A stretch of 64,000 bases of DNA from an uncultured Gammaproteobacteria bacterium (GCA_947259705.1 CAMYNL010000014.1:36875-100874); one strand, 5' to 3'; shown: positions 10,908 to 22,148, counted from the first letter of the stretch. Numbers and translations: made by a program. The notes: a model not told the origin generated them from the sequence alone.

Positions 10908-11534
10908 GTGATGGTTACACCTGCTGGCCGCAAGCCGATCATGGCGCTGTATTCCGGGCTGGACTGTGCTTACAGTCACGGCGTCCGGATAGTCCTCCTG
11001 GAGAAGGAGGTCGAGTGTCAAGTCATCTATATCGATCCGGATACGGGCACAGATGAGCTTGCGGAACTGAACCCATATAACGAGACACCCACACTCATCG
11101 ATCGGGACCTCGTGCTGTACGGCGCGCAAATCATCAACGAGTATCTGGACGAGCGTCTTCCGCACCCCCCCCTGATGCCGGTGGATCCTGTCAACCGGGG
11201 GCGGGCTCGACTGATGATGATGCGCTTCGATCGCGAGTGGCTGTCGCAGGTGGATCGGCTCAGCCACGGGCAGGCGATAGACCTCGATGAGGTATGTGTA
11301 GTGGTGCGCGACGGCCTGATTGCCATGTCGCCAGTGTTTGCTGAACAACAGTTTCTGCTGGGGGATGAGTTCAGCCTTGTCGACTGCTTCCTGGCGCCCT
11401 TGTTGTGGCGACTGCCCGCGCTGAAGATCGAGTTGCCGCGGCAGGCCCGCCCGGTCATCGACTACTCGGAACGTATATTCGAACGGCAGGCCTTCATGGC
11501 GAGCATGAGCGAGATAGAGCGCGACCTGCGCTAG
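10908..11534 (+). CDS. sspA: Stringent starvation protein A (GST fold)
   Basis: LNPYNETPTLIDRDLVLY and YLDERLPHPPLMPVDP; usual position after petC. Confidence 0.93.
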   Translation: MMVTPAGRKPIMALYSGLDCAYSHGVRIVLLEKEVECQVIYIDPDTGTDELAELNPYNETPTLIDRDLVLYGAQIINEYLDERLPHPPLMPVDPVNRGRARLMMMRFDREWLSQVDRLSHGQAIDLDEVCVVVRDGLIAMSPVFAEQQFLLGDEFSLVDCFLAPLLWRLPALKIELPRQARPVIDYSERIFERQAFMASMSEIERDLR

Positions 11535-11542
11535 GATCGTTC

Positions 11543-11920
11543 ATGACCACAACCAAGCCCTACCTCATCCGCGCTATCCGCGAATGGGCCCTGGATAATG
11601 ATTTCACCCCCCAGATCCTGGTGGATGCCGCCGTTGACGGCGTGCATGTGCCGCGGGATTACGTAAGGGACAGCCAGATCATCCTCAACATCGGAGGCCG
11701 GGCCGTGCAGATGCGGGAGATGGGCAACGAGGTGGTCAGCTTCACGGCGCGGTTCCGGGGCGCCCCGTTCGAAGTCGAGGTGCCCGTCGCCGCGGTGCTG
11801 GCGATCTACGCCCGTGAGAACGGGCAGGGCATATTTTTCAAGGAACCGGACACGCCCCCCGAACCGAACGCCGACGGTGAGGCCAAGGATAGCAGGCCCC
11901 ATCTGAAGCTGGTCAAATAA
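11543..11920 (+). CDS. sspB: ClpXP adaptor SspB
   Basis: KPYLIRAIREW, IILNI and IYARENGQG; C-terminal RPHLKLVK ClpX-binding tail. Confidence 0.95.
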   Translation: MTTTKPYLIRAIREWALDNDFTPQILVDAAVDGVHVPRDYVRDSQIILNIGGRAVQMREMGNEVVSFTARFRGAPFEVEVPVAAVLAIYARENGQGIFFKEPDTPPEPNADGEAKDSRPHLKLVK

Positions 11921-11928
11921 GCGCTGCC

Positions 11929-11956
11929 CTTGAAATCACGGCATAGGTGCCGCATT
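11929..11956 (+). promoter_or_regulatory. Sigma32 (RpoH)-type promoter for hslVU
   Basis: CTTGAAA-N14-CCGCATT upstream of hslV, similar to the CTTGAAA/CCCCAT consensus. Confidence 0.75.
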
Positions 11957-11986
11957 GAACCCCCTCTCCGTGACAGGAAATAATCC

Positions 11987-12532
11987 ATGAGTGGAAGCGA
12001 ACTCCGAGGCACCACGATACTCTCGGTGCGACGGGACAACAGCGTCGTGATCGGGGGCGACGGGCAGGTCTCTATGGGTGAGACCGTTCTGAAGGGCAAC
12101 GCACGCAAGGTCCGCAGGTTGTACAAGGAGCAGGTGATTGCCGGGTTCGCCGGCGGTACCGCGGACGCATTTACCCTGTTTGAACGGTTTGAGGGCAAGC
12201 TGGAGAAGCACCAGGGCAACCTTACCCGTGCCGCCGTGGAACTGGCCAAGGACTGGCGCACGGATCGAATACTGCGTCGCCTGGAGGCGCTGTTGGCGGT
12301 AGCTGACCGGGACGCGTCGTTGATCATTTCCGGCAACGGTGACGTCATTGAACCCGAGCAGGGGATCATGGCGATCGGCTCCGGGGGACCATTCGCGCTG
12401 GCCGCCGCCCGCGCTTTGATGGAAAACACCGACCTGGGTGCACGGGAGATTGTTGCCAACGGGCTCAAGATAGCGGCGGACATCTGTGTCTACACAAACG
12501 AAAATCTCACTATCGAAGAACTGTCAAGATAG
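11987..12532 (+). CDS. hslV: ATP-dependent protease subunit HslV
   Basis: GTTILSVRR (catalytic Thr), GFAGGTADA and AIGSGG. Confidence 0.97.
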   Translation: MSGSELRGTTILSVRRDNSVVIGGDGQVSMGETVLKGNARKVRRLYKEQVIAGFAGGTADAFTLFERFEGKLEKHQGNLTRAAVELAKDWRTDRILRRLEALLAVADRDASLIISGNGDVIEPEQGIMAIGSGGPFALAAARALMENTDLGAREIVANGLKIAADICVYTNENLTIEELSR

Positions 12533-12540
12533 GACTCGGT

Positions 12541-13869
12541 ATGTCGTCAATGACGCCCAGAGAGATCGTCGAGGAACTCGACAAGCACATCATCGGCCAG
12601 GCCGCTGCCAAGCGGGCGGTGGCGATCGCCTTGCGCAACCGATGGCGCCGGATGCAGGTCGCCGACGCCGACCTGCGCAACGAAATAACGCCAAAGAATA
12701 TCCTTATGATAGGACCGACGGGCGTCGGCAAGACGGAGATCGCCCGCCGTCTAGCCAGGCTGGCGCGAGCGCCATTCATCAAGGTGGAGGCAACCAAGTT
12801 CACCGAGGTGGGTTACGTGGGCCGCGAAGTCGATTCCATCGTACGAGATTTGATGGACATGGCGGTCAAGATGACCCGCGAGGAGGAAATAGGCAAGGTG
12901 AGCCCCCGAGCCGAGGATGCGGCGGAAGAGCGCATACTCGACATCCTGTTGCCGCCCGCGCGCGACTTTGACGATGACGGCGCCGGCGCGGATGGCGCCG
13001 CCCGTCAGCGATTTCGCAAGCTACTGCGGGAAGGTCAACTGGACGAAAAGGAAGTGGAGATCGAAGTGTCGGCGCCCACCATGGGAGTCGAGATTTTCGG
13101 GCCGCCGGGTATGGAGGAGATGACCAATCAGCTGCAGAGCATGATGCAGAACCTGGGCGGAAGGCGTCCGCGGCCGCGCAAGGTCAGGATCAAGGAAGCG
13201 TTGAAACTGCTTACCGAAGAGGAGGCCGCGAAGCTGATCAACGATGAGGACATCAAGCTGCAGGCCCTGCAGCGGGTGGAGCAGGACGGTATCGTATTCC
13301 TCGACGAGATAGACAAGATCGTGGGCCGCTCTGAGACCCATGGCCCTGACGTCTCCAGGGAAGGCGTGCAGCGTGATCTGCTGCCGCTGGTGGAGGGCAG
13401 CACCGTGTCGACCAAGTTCGGTATGGTCAAGACGGACCACATCCTCTTCATTGCATCCGGGGCGTTTCAGCTCAACAAGCCGTCCGACCTCATCCCTGAG
13501 TTGCAGGGGCGTCTGCCGATCAGGGTCGAACTGGATGCGCTCACCAGCGACGATTTTGTCCGCATCCTGACCGAACCCGACGCTTCATTGACAGAACAGT
13601 ACGCCGCACTGATGGGAACCGAGGGCGTGCAGCTGGAGTTCAGCCAGGACGGGGTGGCGCGGGTCGCGGAGATGGCGTTCCGCGTCAACGAGCAGACCGA
13701 GAACATTGGGGCCCGACGCCTGCATACAATGATGGAAAGGCTGCTGGAGACCGTGTCCTTCGAGGCCGCCGACCGCGGCGGCAACGCGATCACGGTCGAT
13801 GAGTCCTACGTCGACGAGCACCTGCAGGAGGTGCTTGCCGACGACGACCTGGCCCGTTACATCCTGTAG
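12541..13869 (+). CDS. hslU: ATP-dependent protease ATPase subunit HslU
   Basis: [36 protein letters not shown] and C-terminal RYIL. Confidence 0.97.
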   Translation: MSSMTPREIVEELDKHIIGQAAAKRAVAIALRNRWRRMQVADADLRNEITPKNILMIGPTGVGKTEIARRLARLARAPFIKVEATKFTEVGYVGREVDSIVRDLMDMAVKMTREEEIGKVSPRAEDAAEERILDILLPPARDFDDDGAGADGAARQRFRKLLREGQLDEKEVEIEVSAPTMGVEIFGPPGMEEMTNQLQSMMQNLGGRRPRPRKVRIKEALKLLTEEEAAKLINDEDIKLQALQRVEQDGIVFLDEIDKIVGRSETHGPDVSREGVQRDLLPLVEGSTVSTKFGMVKTDHILFIASGAFQLNKPSDLIPELQGRLPIRVELDALTSDDFVRILTEPDASLTEQYAALMGTEGVQLEFSQDGVARVAEMAFRVNEQTENIGARRLHTMMERLLETVSFEAADRGGNAITVDESYVDEHLQEVLADDDLARYIL

Positions 13870-13901
13870 CCTGCGGCCGATGGGATCCTCCCGGTTTCGG
13901 T

Positions 13902-13930
13902 CTTGAAATCCCATTTCCAGCCTCCACATT
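13902..13930 (+). promoter_or_regulatory. Sigma32-type promoter for hsp20
   Basis: CTTGAAA-N15-CCACATT. Confidence 0.72.
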
Positions 13931-13979
13931 AAGGTCATCAGCACTGTTGAGATGTGCAACCGAATGTGGAGGTAGCGAA

Positions 13980-14432
13980 ATGAACGAGATTGTACGCAGG
14001 CCGGAAGGTCAGACGATTTGGGATGTATTCAATGATTTCGACGGTTTCTTTGATGACGTACTGCGCCCACGCCGCGTCTATGGCAGGGCCGAGGGTGGGG
14101 CGCTGATGCCGCCGGTAGACGTCACCGAGACCGAGCATGAGTACCTGGTCAAGGCGGAGATGCCCGGCGTCAAGAAGGACGACCTGGATGTCAGCATCCA
14201 CGATGGTGTGCTCACCATCAATGCGGAATCCAAGTATGAACAGCAGGACAAGGAAGAAGGCCGGATCATCCGACAGGAACGGCGTTACGGCAAATATGTC
14301 AGGACAATGCGCCTGGGCAAGGGCGTCGATGCATCCAAGGTGCAGGCGGAATACAAGGACGGTGTGCTTTACCTGAACCTGCCCAAGGTCGAAGAGGTGA
14401 AGCCGAAGAAGATCGACGTTAACGTCAACTGA
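13980..14432 (+). CDS. Small heat-shock protein Hsp20/alpha-crystallin
   Basis: PPVDVTET, AEMPGVKK, ERRYGKYVRT and AEYKDGVLYLNLPK; C-terminal IDV (IxI) motif. Confidence 0.94.
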   Translation: MNEIVRRPEGQTIWDVFNDFDGFFDDVLRPRRVYGRAEGGALMPPVDVTETEHEYLVKAEMPGVKKDDLDVSIHDGVLTINAESKYEQQDKEEGRIIRQERRYGKYVRTMRLGKGVDASKVQAEYKDGVLYLNLPKVEEVKPKKIDVNVN

Positions 14433-14460
14433 CCTGACACCGGAAAGCCACGGTCGTATA

Positions 14461-14490
14461 AGGGGGTCGCGTGAGCGGCCCCCTTTTTTT
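14461..14490 (+). terminator. Rho-independent terminator
   Basis: AGGGGGTCGC-GTGA-GCGGCCCCCT hairpin followed by a T run. Confidence 0.88.
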
Positions 14491-14535
14491 GTTCGCCGTC
14501 AATCCTGATGCCCCATGCTTCGGCACTTGCTATAG

Positions 14536-15462
<927 letters not shown>

Positions 15463-15517
15463 GCCTCGTTCCCGCGCAAGGCGGGCGCGCCGCGGCGCCG
15501 GGAAATACTGCCATTGA

Positions 15518-15531
15518 TTGATCCAGGTCAA
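15518..15531. promoter_or_regulatory. FNR/DNR-type box upstream of ubiU
   Basis: TTGAT-CCAG-GTCAA; -10-like TATGTT at 15554-15559. Confidence 0.78.
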
Positions 15532-15724
15532 CGAGTCGCACGACCCCGTGCACTATGTTCCACCGGTTGCACTCGCTCCGCGTGCGGTGAGTCCCGTTAA
15601 CTGCCCAGACCGGCCGTTGCCGCTCACGGCCAGGCGACAGCGCTCGGGTGGCCGCGCAGTATAATGCGGGCGCAACGACAATAGCGGCGACAGGGAGAAA
15701 AGCCGCAGATACGGGAGTCGATAC

Positions 15725-16720
15725 TTGGAACTAGTCTGTCCGGCGGGCAACCTGCCGTCACTGAAGATCGCCGTCGACAATGGTGCCGACGCGGTGTATT
15801 TCGGTTTCCGCGACGATACCAACGCTCGCCATTTTGCCGGCCTCAACTTCAATGACCGCAGCGCGGCGCGGGGAATGGAGTACGCACGGGCCCACGGCGT
15901 AAAGTTGTTCGTGGCCATTAACACCTATCCGCAACCATCGGGGTGGCCGCGCTGGACGGCGGCCGTGGACCGTACCGCGGAGCTCGGTGCGGACGCCCTC
16001 ATTGCTGCCGACATCGGCGTAATGGATTATGCGTCGCGGCGACATCCGCGTCTGCCCCTGCATCTGTCGGTGCAGGGTTCGGCCACCAGCCACGAGGCGA
16101 TCCGGTTCTACGCCGAACGATTCGGCATCAAGCGGGCCGTGCTGCCGCGGGTGTTGTCCATCAGGCAGGTGACCCAGGTCGTCGGCAACAGCCCGGTCCC
16201 GATCGAGGTATTCGGTTTTGGCAGCCTGTGTGTAATGGTGGAGGGCCGCTGCCTGCTGTCATCCTACGTCACTGGGAAATCACCGAACACCTATGGTGCT
16301 TGTTCACCCGCCAGCGCGGTGCGCTGGCAGGAAACTGCCACGGCCATGGAAACGCGCCTCAACGGGGTGTTGATCGATCAGTTCGACAGGGACGAAAGCG
16401 CCGGTTATCCAACTGTCTGCAAGGGCCGGTTCCGGGTCCGTGGAAACGTCTACTACGCGATCGAAGAACCCACCAGCCTGAATACGCTTTCCCTCTTGCC
16501 GCAGCTGCAGAAGATGGGGGTCTCGGCCATCAAGATAGAGGGAAGACAGCGAAATCCGGCCTACGTAGGGCGGGTCGCAAGAGTGATGAGGGCGGCGCTG
16601 GACGAGTGCCGTAGAGACCCCGACGGTTTCTCCCCCCGCGCCGAATGGCTGTCAGAGCTGGGCCAGGTAGCCGAGGGCACCCAGACCACCCTCGGCGCTT
16701 TTCACCGCTCGTGGCAGTGA
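15725..16720 (+). CDS. ubiU: O2-independent ubiquinone biosynthesis protein UbiU (U32 family)
   Basis: MELVCPAGNL start; CVMVEGRCLLSSY, CS and PTVCKGRF Cys pattern; KIEGRQR. Confidence 0.9.
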   Translation: MELVCPAGNLPSLKIAVDNGADAVYFGFRDDTNARHFAGLNFNDRSAARGMEYARAHGVKLFVAINTYPQPSGWPRWTAAVDRTAELGADALIAADIGVMDYASRRHPRLPLHLSVQGSATSHEAIRFYAERFGIKRAVLPRVLSIRQVTQVVGNSPVPIEVFGFGSLCVMVEGRCLLSSYVTGKSPNTYGACSPASAVRWQETATAMETRLNGVLIDQFDRDESAGYPTVCKGRFRVRGNVYYAIEEPTSLNTLSLLPQLQKMGVSAIKIEGRQRNPAYVGRVARVMRAALDECRRDPDGFSPRAEWLSELGQVAEGTQTTLGAFHRSWQ

Positions 16721-17688
16721 CCGGCGGTACAGTCAGCAGCGCGACCGGCGCCGATGCCCACGCAGGAGCGGAGGGTGAATGCGGTGTCCGCAGGCTGGCC
16801 CTGGGCCCGGTCCTCTATCATTGGCCGCGCGACGTCATGTTCCGGTTCTACGAGACGATGGCCGACGCTCCGGTCGACGTGATCTATCTGGGCGAAGTGG
16901 TATGTTCCAAACGCCGCGCCCTAACCCAGACGGACTGGCTGGCCCTGGCCTCGGAGCTGGAGGTGGCGGGCAAGCAGGTGGTGTTGTCGACCCTGGCGCT
17001 GATCGAGGCCGGGTCGGAACTGGGCGCGGTACGAAGCATCTGCGAGAACGGCCGCTTCATGGTCGAGGCGAATGACATGTCGGCGGTGCAGATGTTGGCG
17101 GCGGCTGGTACGCCTTTTGTGACCGGCCCGGGCGTCAATATCTACAATTCATGCACCCTCGAGGTGCTCGCGCGCTGCGGGTTGAAACGCTGGGTGATGC
17201 CGGTGGAACTGTCCGGCAGCACGCTCCATGACATTCACGCCGGGCGTCCCCCTGGAGTGGAAACCGAGGTGTTCGCCTACGGCAGGCTTCCACTCGCGTA
17301 TTCCGCCCGCTGCTACACGGCCCGCGCCCGCAACCTTCCCAAGGACCAGTGCGGGTTCTGCTGTCGGGAAGATCCAGACGGCCTGTTGCTGCGCACCCGG
17401 GAAGATGAAGCGTTCCTGGTGCTCAATGGCACCCAGACGCAGTCGGCGCGGACCTTCACGCTCGCCGGTGAACTGGCGGACATTGGTGCGCAGTACTTTC
17501 GACTGAGTCCGCAGTCGCAGCACATGAGCCAGATTATCGAGTTCTTTGCCGCCCGGCTGGCCGGTGGCCAAGGGCCTGCGTGCGAGCCCGGGCGGCTGTA
17601 CCAGTACATGCCCACCGGGCCATGTAACGGTTATTGGAACGGCACGGCCGGCCTGCAGCAGCCGGCGGGGGCGTGCGGTGATGCTTGA
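16717..17688 (+). CDS. ubiV: O2-independent ubiquinone biosynthesis protein UbiV (U32 family)
   Basis: [30 protein letters not shown] and CGFCC; GTGA overlap with ubiU (start uncertain). Confidence 0.9.
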   Translation: MTGGTVSSATGADAHAGAEGECGVRRLALGPVLYHWPRDVMFRFYETMADAPVDVIYLGEVVCSKRRALTQTDWLALASELEVAGKQVVLSTLALIEAGSELGAVRSICENGRFMVEANDMSAVQMLAAAGTPFVTGPGVNIYNSCTLEVLARCGLKRWVMPVELSGSTLHDIHAGRPPGVETEVFAYGRLPLAYSARCYTARARNLPKDQCGFCCREDPDGLLLRTREDEAFLVLNGTQTQSARTFTLAGELADIGAQYFRLSPQSQHMSQIIEFFAARLAGGQGPACEPGRLYQYMPTGPCNGYWNGTAGLQQPAGACGDA

Positions 17689-19189
17689 ACAGATTCTGCG
17701 GCAGGCAGCGGCGCGCGCGGCGCACTATTCGGACCTGCGCGGATTTGCCCGCGACCTGGAGGCTGGCGGGGACCTGCGGCGCATCCGGCTGGAGATAGAC
17801 CCGCAGCTCGAGGTGACGGAGGTCTGCTATCGCACGCTACGCGCCGGCGGCCCTGCCTTGTTGTTCGAGCGCCCCAAGGGCGCCACCATGCCTATGCTCG
17901 GCAACCTGTTCGGTGACGGGCGACGAGTGGCACAGGCGCTGGGTCTGGCATCGGTTTCGGCCATGCGTGACCTTGGGCGTGAGCTGGCTTTTCTCAAGGC
18001 GCCGGCCCTGCCCACGGGCCTGGACGATGTGGCGGACACGCTGCCCAGGTTCTCCAGGCTGGTCCATGTCAACCCGAGGCTCGTGCGGGACGCCGCGTGC
18101 CAGGAGCAGGTGATCGAGGGCGCCGACGTGGACCTTTCCCGGTTGCCGATACAGACCTGCTGGCCGGAGGACGTGGGTCCTCTCATCACCTGGGGCATGG
18201 TGGTCACCCGGGGGCCGTACAAGAAACGTCAGAATGTCGCCGTCTACCGGCAGCAGTTGATCGACCGCAACAAGGTGATCATGCGCTGGTTGCACCACCG
18301 CGGCGGCGCCATCGATTTTCGTGAATGGCGGGAGGCCCGTCCCGGCGAGGCTTTTCCCGTGGCGGTAGTCATCGGCGCCGATCCCGCCACCATCATTGCC
18401 GCGGTCGCGCCGATCCCCGATTCCCTTTCCGAGTATCAGTTCGCCGGCCTGATACGAGGTGCCAAGACCCAGTTGACGACCTGTCTGGGCAGCGACCTGC
18501 AGGTCCCGGCCGGCGCGGAGATCGTCCTCGAAGGCCATATTCATCCCGGCGACACGGCGGAGGAAGGTCCGTTCGGTGATCATACCGGCTACTACAACGC
18601 GGTCGACCGGTTCCCGGTGTTGACCGTGGACCGCATCACGCATCGCCACCAAGCCTGGTACATGAGCACTTACATGGGCCGTCCGCCCCATGATGAACCG
18701 TCGGTGCTGGCGGCCGCCCTCAACGAGATGTTCATACCATTGTTGCAGGAACAGTTCCCGGAGATCGTGGACTTCTACCTGCCCCCGGCCGGATGTTCCT
18801 ATCGCGTGGCGGTGGTCAGCATCAGGAAACGCTATCCCGGCCATGCCAAGCGGATCATGTTCGGTATATGGTCCTATCTCCGCCAGTTCACGTATACCAA
18901 GTTCGTCATCGTCGCGGACGATGACATCGACGTCCGCAACTGGGACGAGGTGATCTGGGCGCTGACCACCCGCATGGATCCCGCGCGCGACACGGTCCTG
19001 ATCGAGAATACACCCATTGATTACCTGGATTTTGCCAGTCCCAGGGCCAACCTGGGATCCAAGATGGGGTTGGACGCGACCAACAAGTGGAAAGGGGAAA
19101 CGGAGCGCGACTGGGGTCGACCGATAGAGATGTCGGCCGCGGTAAGCTGCCGCATAGACGGCCTGTGGGCAGAGCTGGGTATCGACTGA
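17681..19189 (+). CDS. ubiD: UbiD-family 4-hydroxy-3-polyprenylbenzoate decarboxylase
   Basis: [44 protein letters not shown] and [11 protein letters not shown]. Confidence 0.9.
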   Translation: MLEQILRQAAARAAHYSDLRGFARDLEAGGDLRRIRLEIDPQLEVTEVCYRTLRAGGPALLFERPKGATMPMLGNLFGDGRRVAQALGLASVSAMRDLGRELAFLKAPALPTGLDDVADTLPRFSRLVHVNPRLVRDAACQEQVIEGADVDLSRLPIQTCWPEDVGPLITWGMVVTRGPYKKRQNVAVYRQQLIDRNKVIMRWLHHRGGAIDFREWREARPGEAFPVAVVIGADPATIIAAVAPIPDSLSEYQFAGLIRGAKTQLTTCLGSDLQVPAGAEIVLEGHIHPGDTAEEGPFGDHTGYYNAVDRFPVLTVDRITHRHQAWYMSTYMGRPPHDEPSVLAAALNEMFIPLLQEQFPEIVDFYLPPAGCSYRVAVVSIRKRYPGHAKRIMFGIWSYLRQFTYTKFVIVADDDIDVRNWDEVIWALTTRMDPARDTVLIENTPIDYLDFASPRANLGSKMGLDATNKWKGETERDWGRPIEMSAAVSCRIDGLWAELGID

Positions 19190-19192
19190 GGC

Positions 19193-19675
19193 TCAGCCGA
19201 ACAGTCGTTGATAAACAGGTAGCGAGCGCTTCAGCAGGAAGTCCAGCGGCCGCAGCAATGCAACCTCGTCCTCGTCCAGGGCGGCAAGGAAGTTCTTGAG
19301 TCCCAGTCCCAGCTCGGTGTCTCCTTCCATGTGAAGTCGGCGCTGGAAGAACAGCGTGTCGGGGTCCTCGCGCCGGGCGGCCAGCAGCAAGAAGTCATAA
19401 AGCGTGCCCTGCACCACCAGGTCCGGGTCGCCACCGGCGGCCGCCAGGGCAGTGTCGGTAACGGTCAGTAGCAGCTTGATATTGGCATCCTGTACGTCCA
19501 GCATGACGCGGCGGCCGGCAAGGAAATCCAGTTCGTCACGTGCCAGCTGCACGGCGAGGGCGTGATTCAACGCTGTCACCGCGACGGCGGCGTGGAACGA
19601 CGCCGGCACCACGGCCATGGGCAGCGCCAGCAACCGCGGCAGACGCGCGGCTTTGTGCTCGGGACGGGTCGACAT
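19193..19675 (-). CDS. ubiT: Anaerobic ubiquinone accessory factor UbiT (SCP2 domain)
   Basis: EDPDTLFFQRRLHMEGDTELGLGLKN. Confidence 0.88.
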   Translation of the reverse strand: MSTRPEHKAARLPRLLALPMAVVPASFHAAVAVTALNHALAVQLARDELDFLAGRRVMLDVQDANIKLLLTVTDTALAAAGGDPDLVVQGTLYDFLLLAARREDPDTLFFQRRLHMEGDTELGLGLKNFLAALDEDEVALLRPLDFLLKRSLPVYQRLFG

Positions 19676-19732
19676 GTTGCTTCCGATGGTCACACCAGGT
19701 TGGAGATTCTATGATATCCGGCGGCCATGCCA

Positions 19733-19746
19733 TTGACCCTGGTCAA
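19733..19746. promoter_or_regulatory. FNR/DNR-type box upstream of ubiT
   Basis: TTGAC-CCTG-GTCAA; minus-strand TAGAAT at 19706-19711. Confidence 0.82.
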
Positions 19747-19886
19747 TGTTTCGGGTGCTGTCACCAAATCCGCCACTGCAGGGTTCGCGTTCGCCGTCGT
19801 ATGGGTATACTTGGCACAACCCGGCTTGACTCGCAGACATCCTCGGTTCGGGGATCTCATCCGGGCGGCCAACGAAGGAGATTTTG

Positions 19887-20336
19887 ATGAGCCAGAGAGT
19901 GTGGAACGTTTATCTGTCCGGTGAGATCCATTCGGACTGGCGCGAGCGTATCGTGCGTGGTGTGCGGGACAGCCAATTGCCGATCGAGTTCACGTCTCCG
20001 ATTACCGATCATGATGCCAGTGACATGTGCGGCGTCGAGATTCTGGGCAGCGAAGAGAAGGAATTCTGGCGCGATCGCAAGGGCGCGGGCATTAACGCAA
20101 TCCGCACCTCCACGCTCATCCGCAAGGCCGACATCGTGGTGGTACGGTTTGGCGAGAAGTACAAGCAGTGGAATGCGGCGTTCGATGCCGGCTATGCGGC
20201 GGCGTTGGGCAAGTCGCTGATCGTTCTGCACGAGCAGAGTAACGACCATGCCCTCAAGGAGGTCGACGCGGCCGCCAGCGCCACCGCGAGGACCCCGGAA
20301 CAGGTGGCGACTATATTGTCATACGTGGTCTCCTGA
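19887..20336 (+). CDS. YtoQ-family protein (nucleoside 2-deoxyribosyltransferase-like)
   Basis: VYLSGEIHSDWRE, DHDASD, VRFGEKYKQWNAAFDAG and HALKEVDAAA. Confidence 0.85.
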   Translation: MSQRVWNVYLSGEIHSDWRERIVRGVRDSQLPIEFTSPITDHDASDMCGVEILGSEEKEFWRDRKGAGINAIRTSTLIRKADIVVVRFGEKYKQWNAAFDAGYAAALGKSLIVLHEQSNDHALKEVDAAASATARTPEQVATILSYVVS

Positions 20337-20471
20337 TTTCGCAGCGCAGCGGTGTGTCGGCACCAGCGGTGGCGAACGGCGAACGGCCGGCGGTGCTGCG
20401 GCTACAATAGAGACAGGGCTACGTTGCCCCCGTCCCCTTTAAAGGACAACACATTAACCGGAGGCAAAGAC

Positions 20472-20855
20472 ATGCGATACGTGGTTGAGACCGACAAGCC
20501 CGCCCAGCAGGCGGTAGAAGACTTGAAGGCTGCAGTCGAGCGGCATGGATTCGGCGTATTGCATGTCCACGATCTGAAGAGCACCTTTGCCAGCAAGGGC
20601 TTTGACTTCCCCAGCGAATGCCAGATCCTGGAGGTGTGCAATCCACAGCAGGCCATAAAGGTACTGAGCGAAGACATGGGCCTCAACATTGCGCTGCCGT
20701 GCCGCATCTCGGTCTACGAAGAGGCGGGGCGGACCAAGATCGGTATGGCAAAACCGACCGAGATGCTCGAAGCGCTGTCAGACTCGCCGGTGCTGAAACG
20801 AATTGCACAGGAGGTGGAGCAAAAGACCATGCAAATGATCGACGACGCCAAATAG
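20472..20855 (+). CDS. DUF302 domain protein
   Basis: GFGVLHVHDL, ILEVCNP and LPCRISVYE. Confidence 0.85.
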   Translation: MRYVVETDKPAQQAVEDLKAAVERHGFGVLHVHDLKSTFASKGFDFPSECQILEVCNPQQAIKVLSEDMGLNIALPCRISVYEEAGRTKIGMAKPTEMLEALSDSPVLKRIAQEVEQKTMQMIDDAK

Positions 20856-21044
20856 GTCGATGGATCGCGCGTTCCACCGCCGACGTGCCGAGAACAGCCG
20901 TGAGCAGGACCGGCTTCGTTTGTCGCGGCACAGTTCTTTTCCGCCAATGCGAGACGGCCGACGTCGGCCGCCCGCGGTCCGCATGCGCGGGATAGTACTC
21001 ACTGCCGCAGGAAATCGCTGCACGGAGATCCATTGGAGTTGTTC

Positions 21045-21962
21045 ATGAACAACTTGCCAAGGCCCCTCGGGAGCAGCTTGCTGGTCGCGGTGGCTGCCGG
21101 CGCAGTTGGCACGGCGATGGCCGCGCCCCCGTCTCGCGACTCTTCGCTGCAGTGGTCGTATTCGCTGACGCCGATATACCAGTGGGACGCCAAGCTGGAT
21201 CAGGGCGGCGAGTTTTCGTCCGAGCGCCTGCTCCTGCACCTGCAGGCGGAGAAGCGGTTCGGGCCCCGGATCGGTGCCGGGCTGGGGCTGCAGTATGGTT
21301 ACGAGGATTACGACTTCGACGGGGTGACCGGATTTGGCGGCGCGCGGTGGAACACCCTGAACCGTTTTTCTCTCAGCCTGCCTTTCAGCTACCGGACCGA
21401 GAGCCCCTGGCAGCTGCTGTTTTCGCCCAGCCTTGAGATATCTGCGGAGAGCGGCGCCGAAATCGATGATTCACTGGGATATGGTGCCGTCGCCGCGGCG
21501 GTCCGACGGATTGGTGCCGACCTGAGTCTCGGGTTTGGCCTGGGCGCCTTCCGACGCATTGAGAAGAGTTCCTATTTTCCGTTTATCGCCGTGCGCTGGC
21601 AGATCACCGACCGGCTCAGGCTCGCCAACCCTTTTCGTGCCGGCCCGAGTGGTCCGGCAGGCCTGGAACTTGCCCTCGACATGGGTAATGGATGGGAACT
21701 GGCAGCCGGCGGGGCATACCGCTCCTACCGTTTCCGCCTGGATAAGGACGGCGCGGTTCCCGGCGGCATCGGCGAAACCGAGCAGGTTCCGGTCTTCCTG
21801 CGCGCAAGCAAGCGGTTGCGTGCCACGCTGCGGCTCGATCTCTACATTGGCGCGGCGCTGGCCGGGAAGCTGACGCTCGAGGACGGCGACCGCCGGGAGT
21901 TGGCCAAAGACGACTTCGATACCACTCCCTTTGTGGGCGTAGCGCTGGCCGGGGAATTCTGA
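21045..21962 (+). CDS. Putative outer-membrane beta-barrel protein
   Basis: Signal peptide, alternating amphipathic strands rich in Y/F/W/G and C-terminal Phe (GVALAGEF). Confidence 0.7.
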   Translation: MNNLPRPLGSSLLVAVAAGAVGTAMAAPPSRDSSLQWSYSLTPIYQWDAKLDQGGEFSSERLLLHLQAEKRFGPRIGAGLGLQYGYEDYDFDGVTGFGGARWNTLNRFSLSLPFSYRTESPWQLLFSPSLEISAESGAEIDDSLGYGAVAAAVRRIGADLSLGFGLGAFRRIEKSSYFPFIAVRWQITDRLRLANPFRAGPSGPAGLELALDMGNGWELAAGGAYRSYRFRLDKDGAVPGGIGETEQVPVFLRASKRLRATLRLDLYIGAALAGKLTLEDGDRRELAKDDFDTTPFVGVALAGEF

Positions 21963-22065
21963 GCCACCGCCGCTGAGACACGTGGTTCACCTAACTTTTT
22001 GAAATTCCAAGCTTTTACTCACGACTGAGCAATCCCGGGGTAATCGGTCAAGACCTATAAGTATA

Positions 22066-22093
22066 TTGACATTTTCTAATATAACAATATACT
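22066..22093 (+). promoter_or_regulatory. Near-consensus sigma70 promoter
   Basis: TTGACA-N16-TATACT in an AT-rich patch upstream of the repeat-protein gene. Confidence 0.75.
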
Positions 22094-22148
22094 ACTGCTT
22101 CGACGATCCTTCCAACGACCGAACCAATCACCATTGGAGACCCTCAAC

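Noticed and set aside
13931-13982. ROSE RNA thermometer in the hsp20 leader
   Set aside because: Only a short GCAC/GTGC stem; no U(U/C)GCU motif pairing with the SD
15725-17688. U32 'collagenase' proteases
   Set aside because: The Cys patterns, pairing and ubiT/ubiD context identify them as UbiU/UbiV
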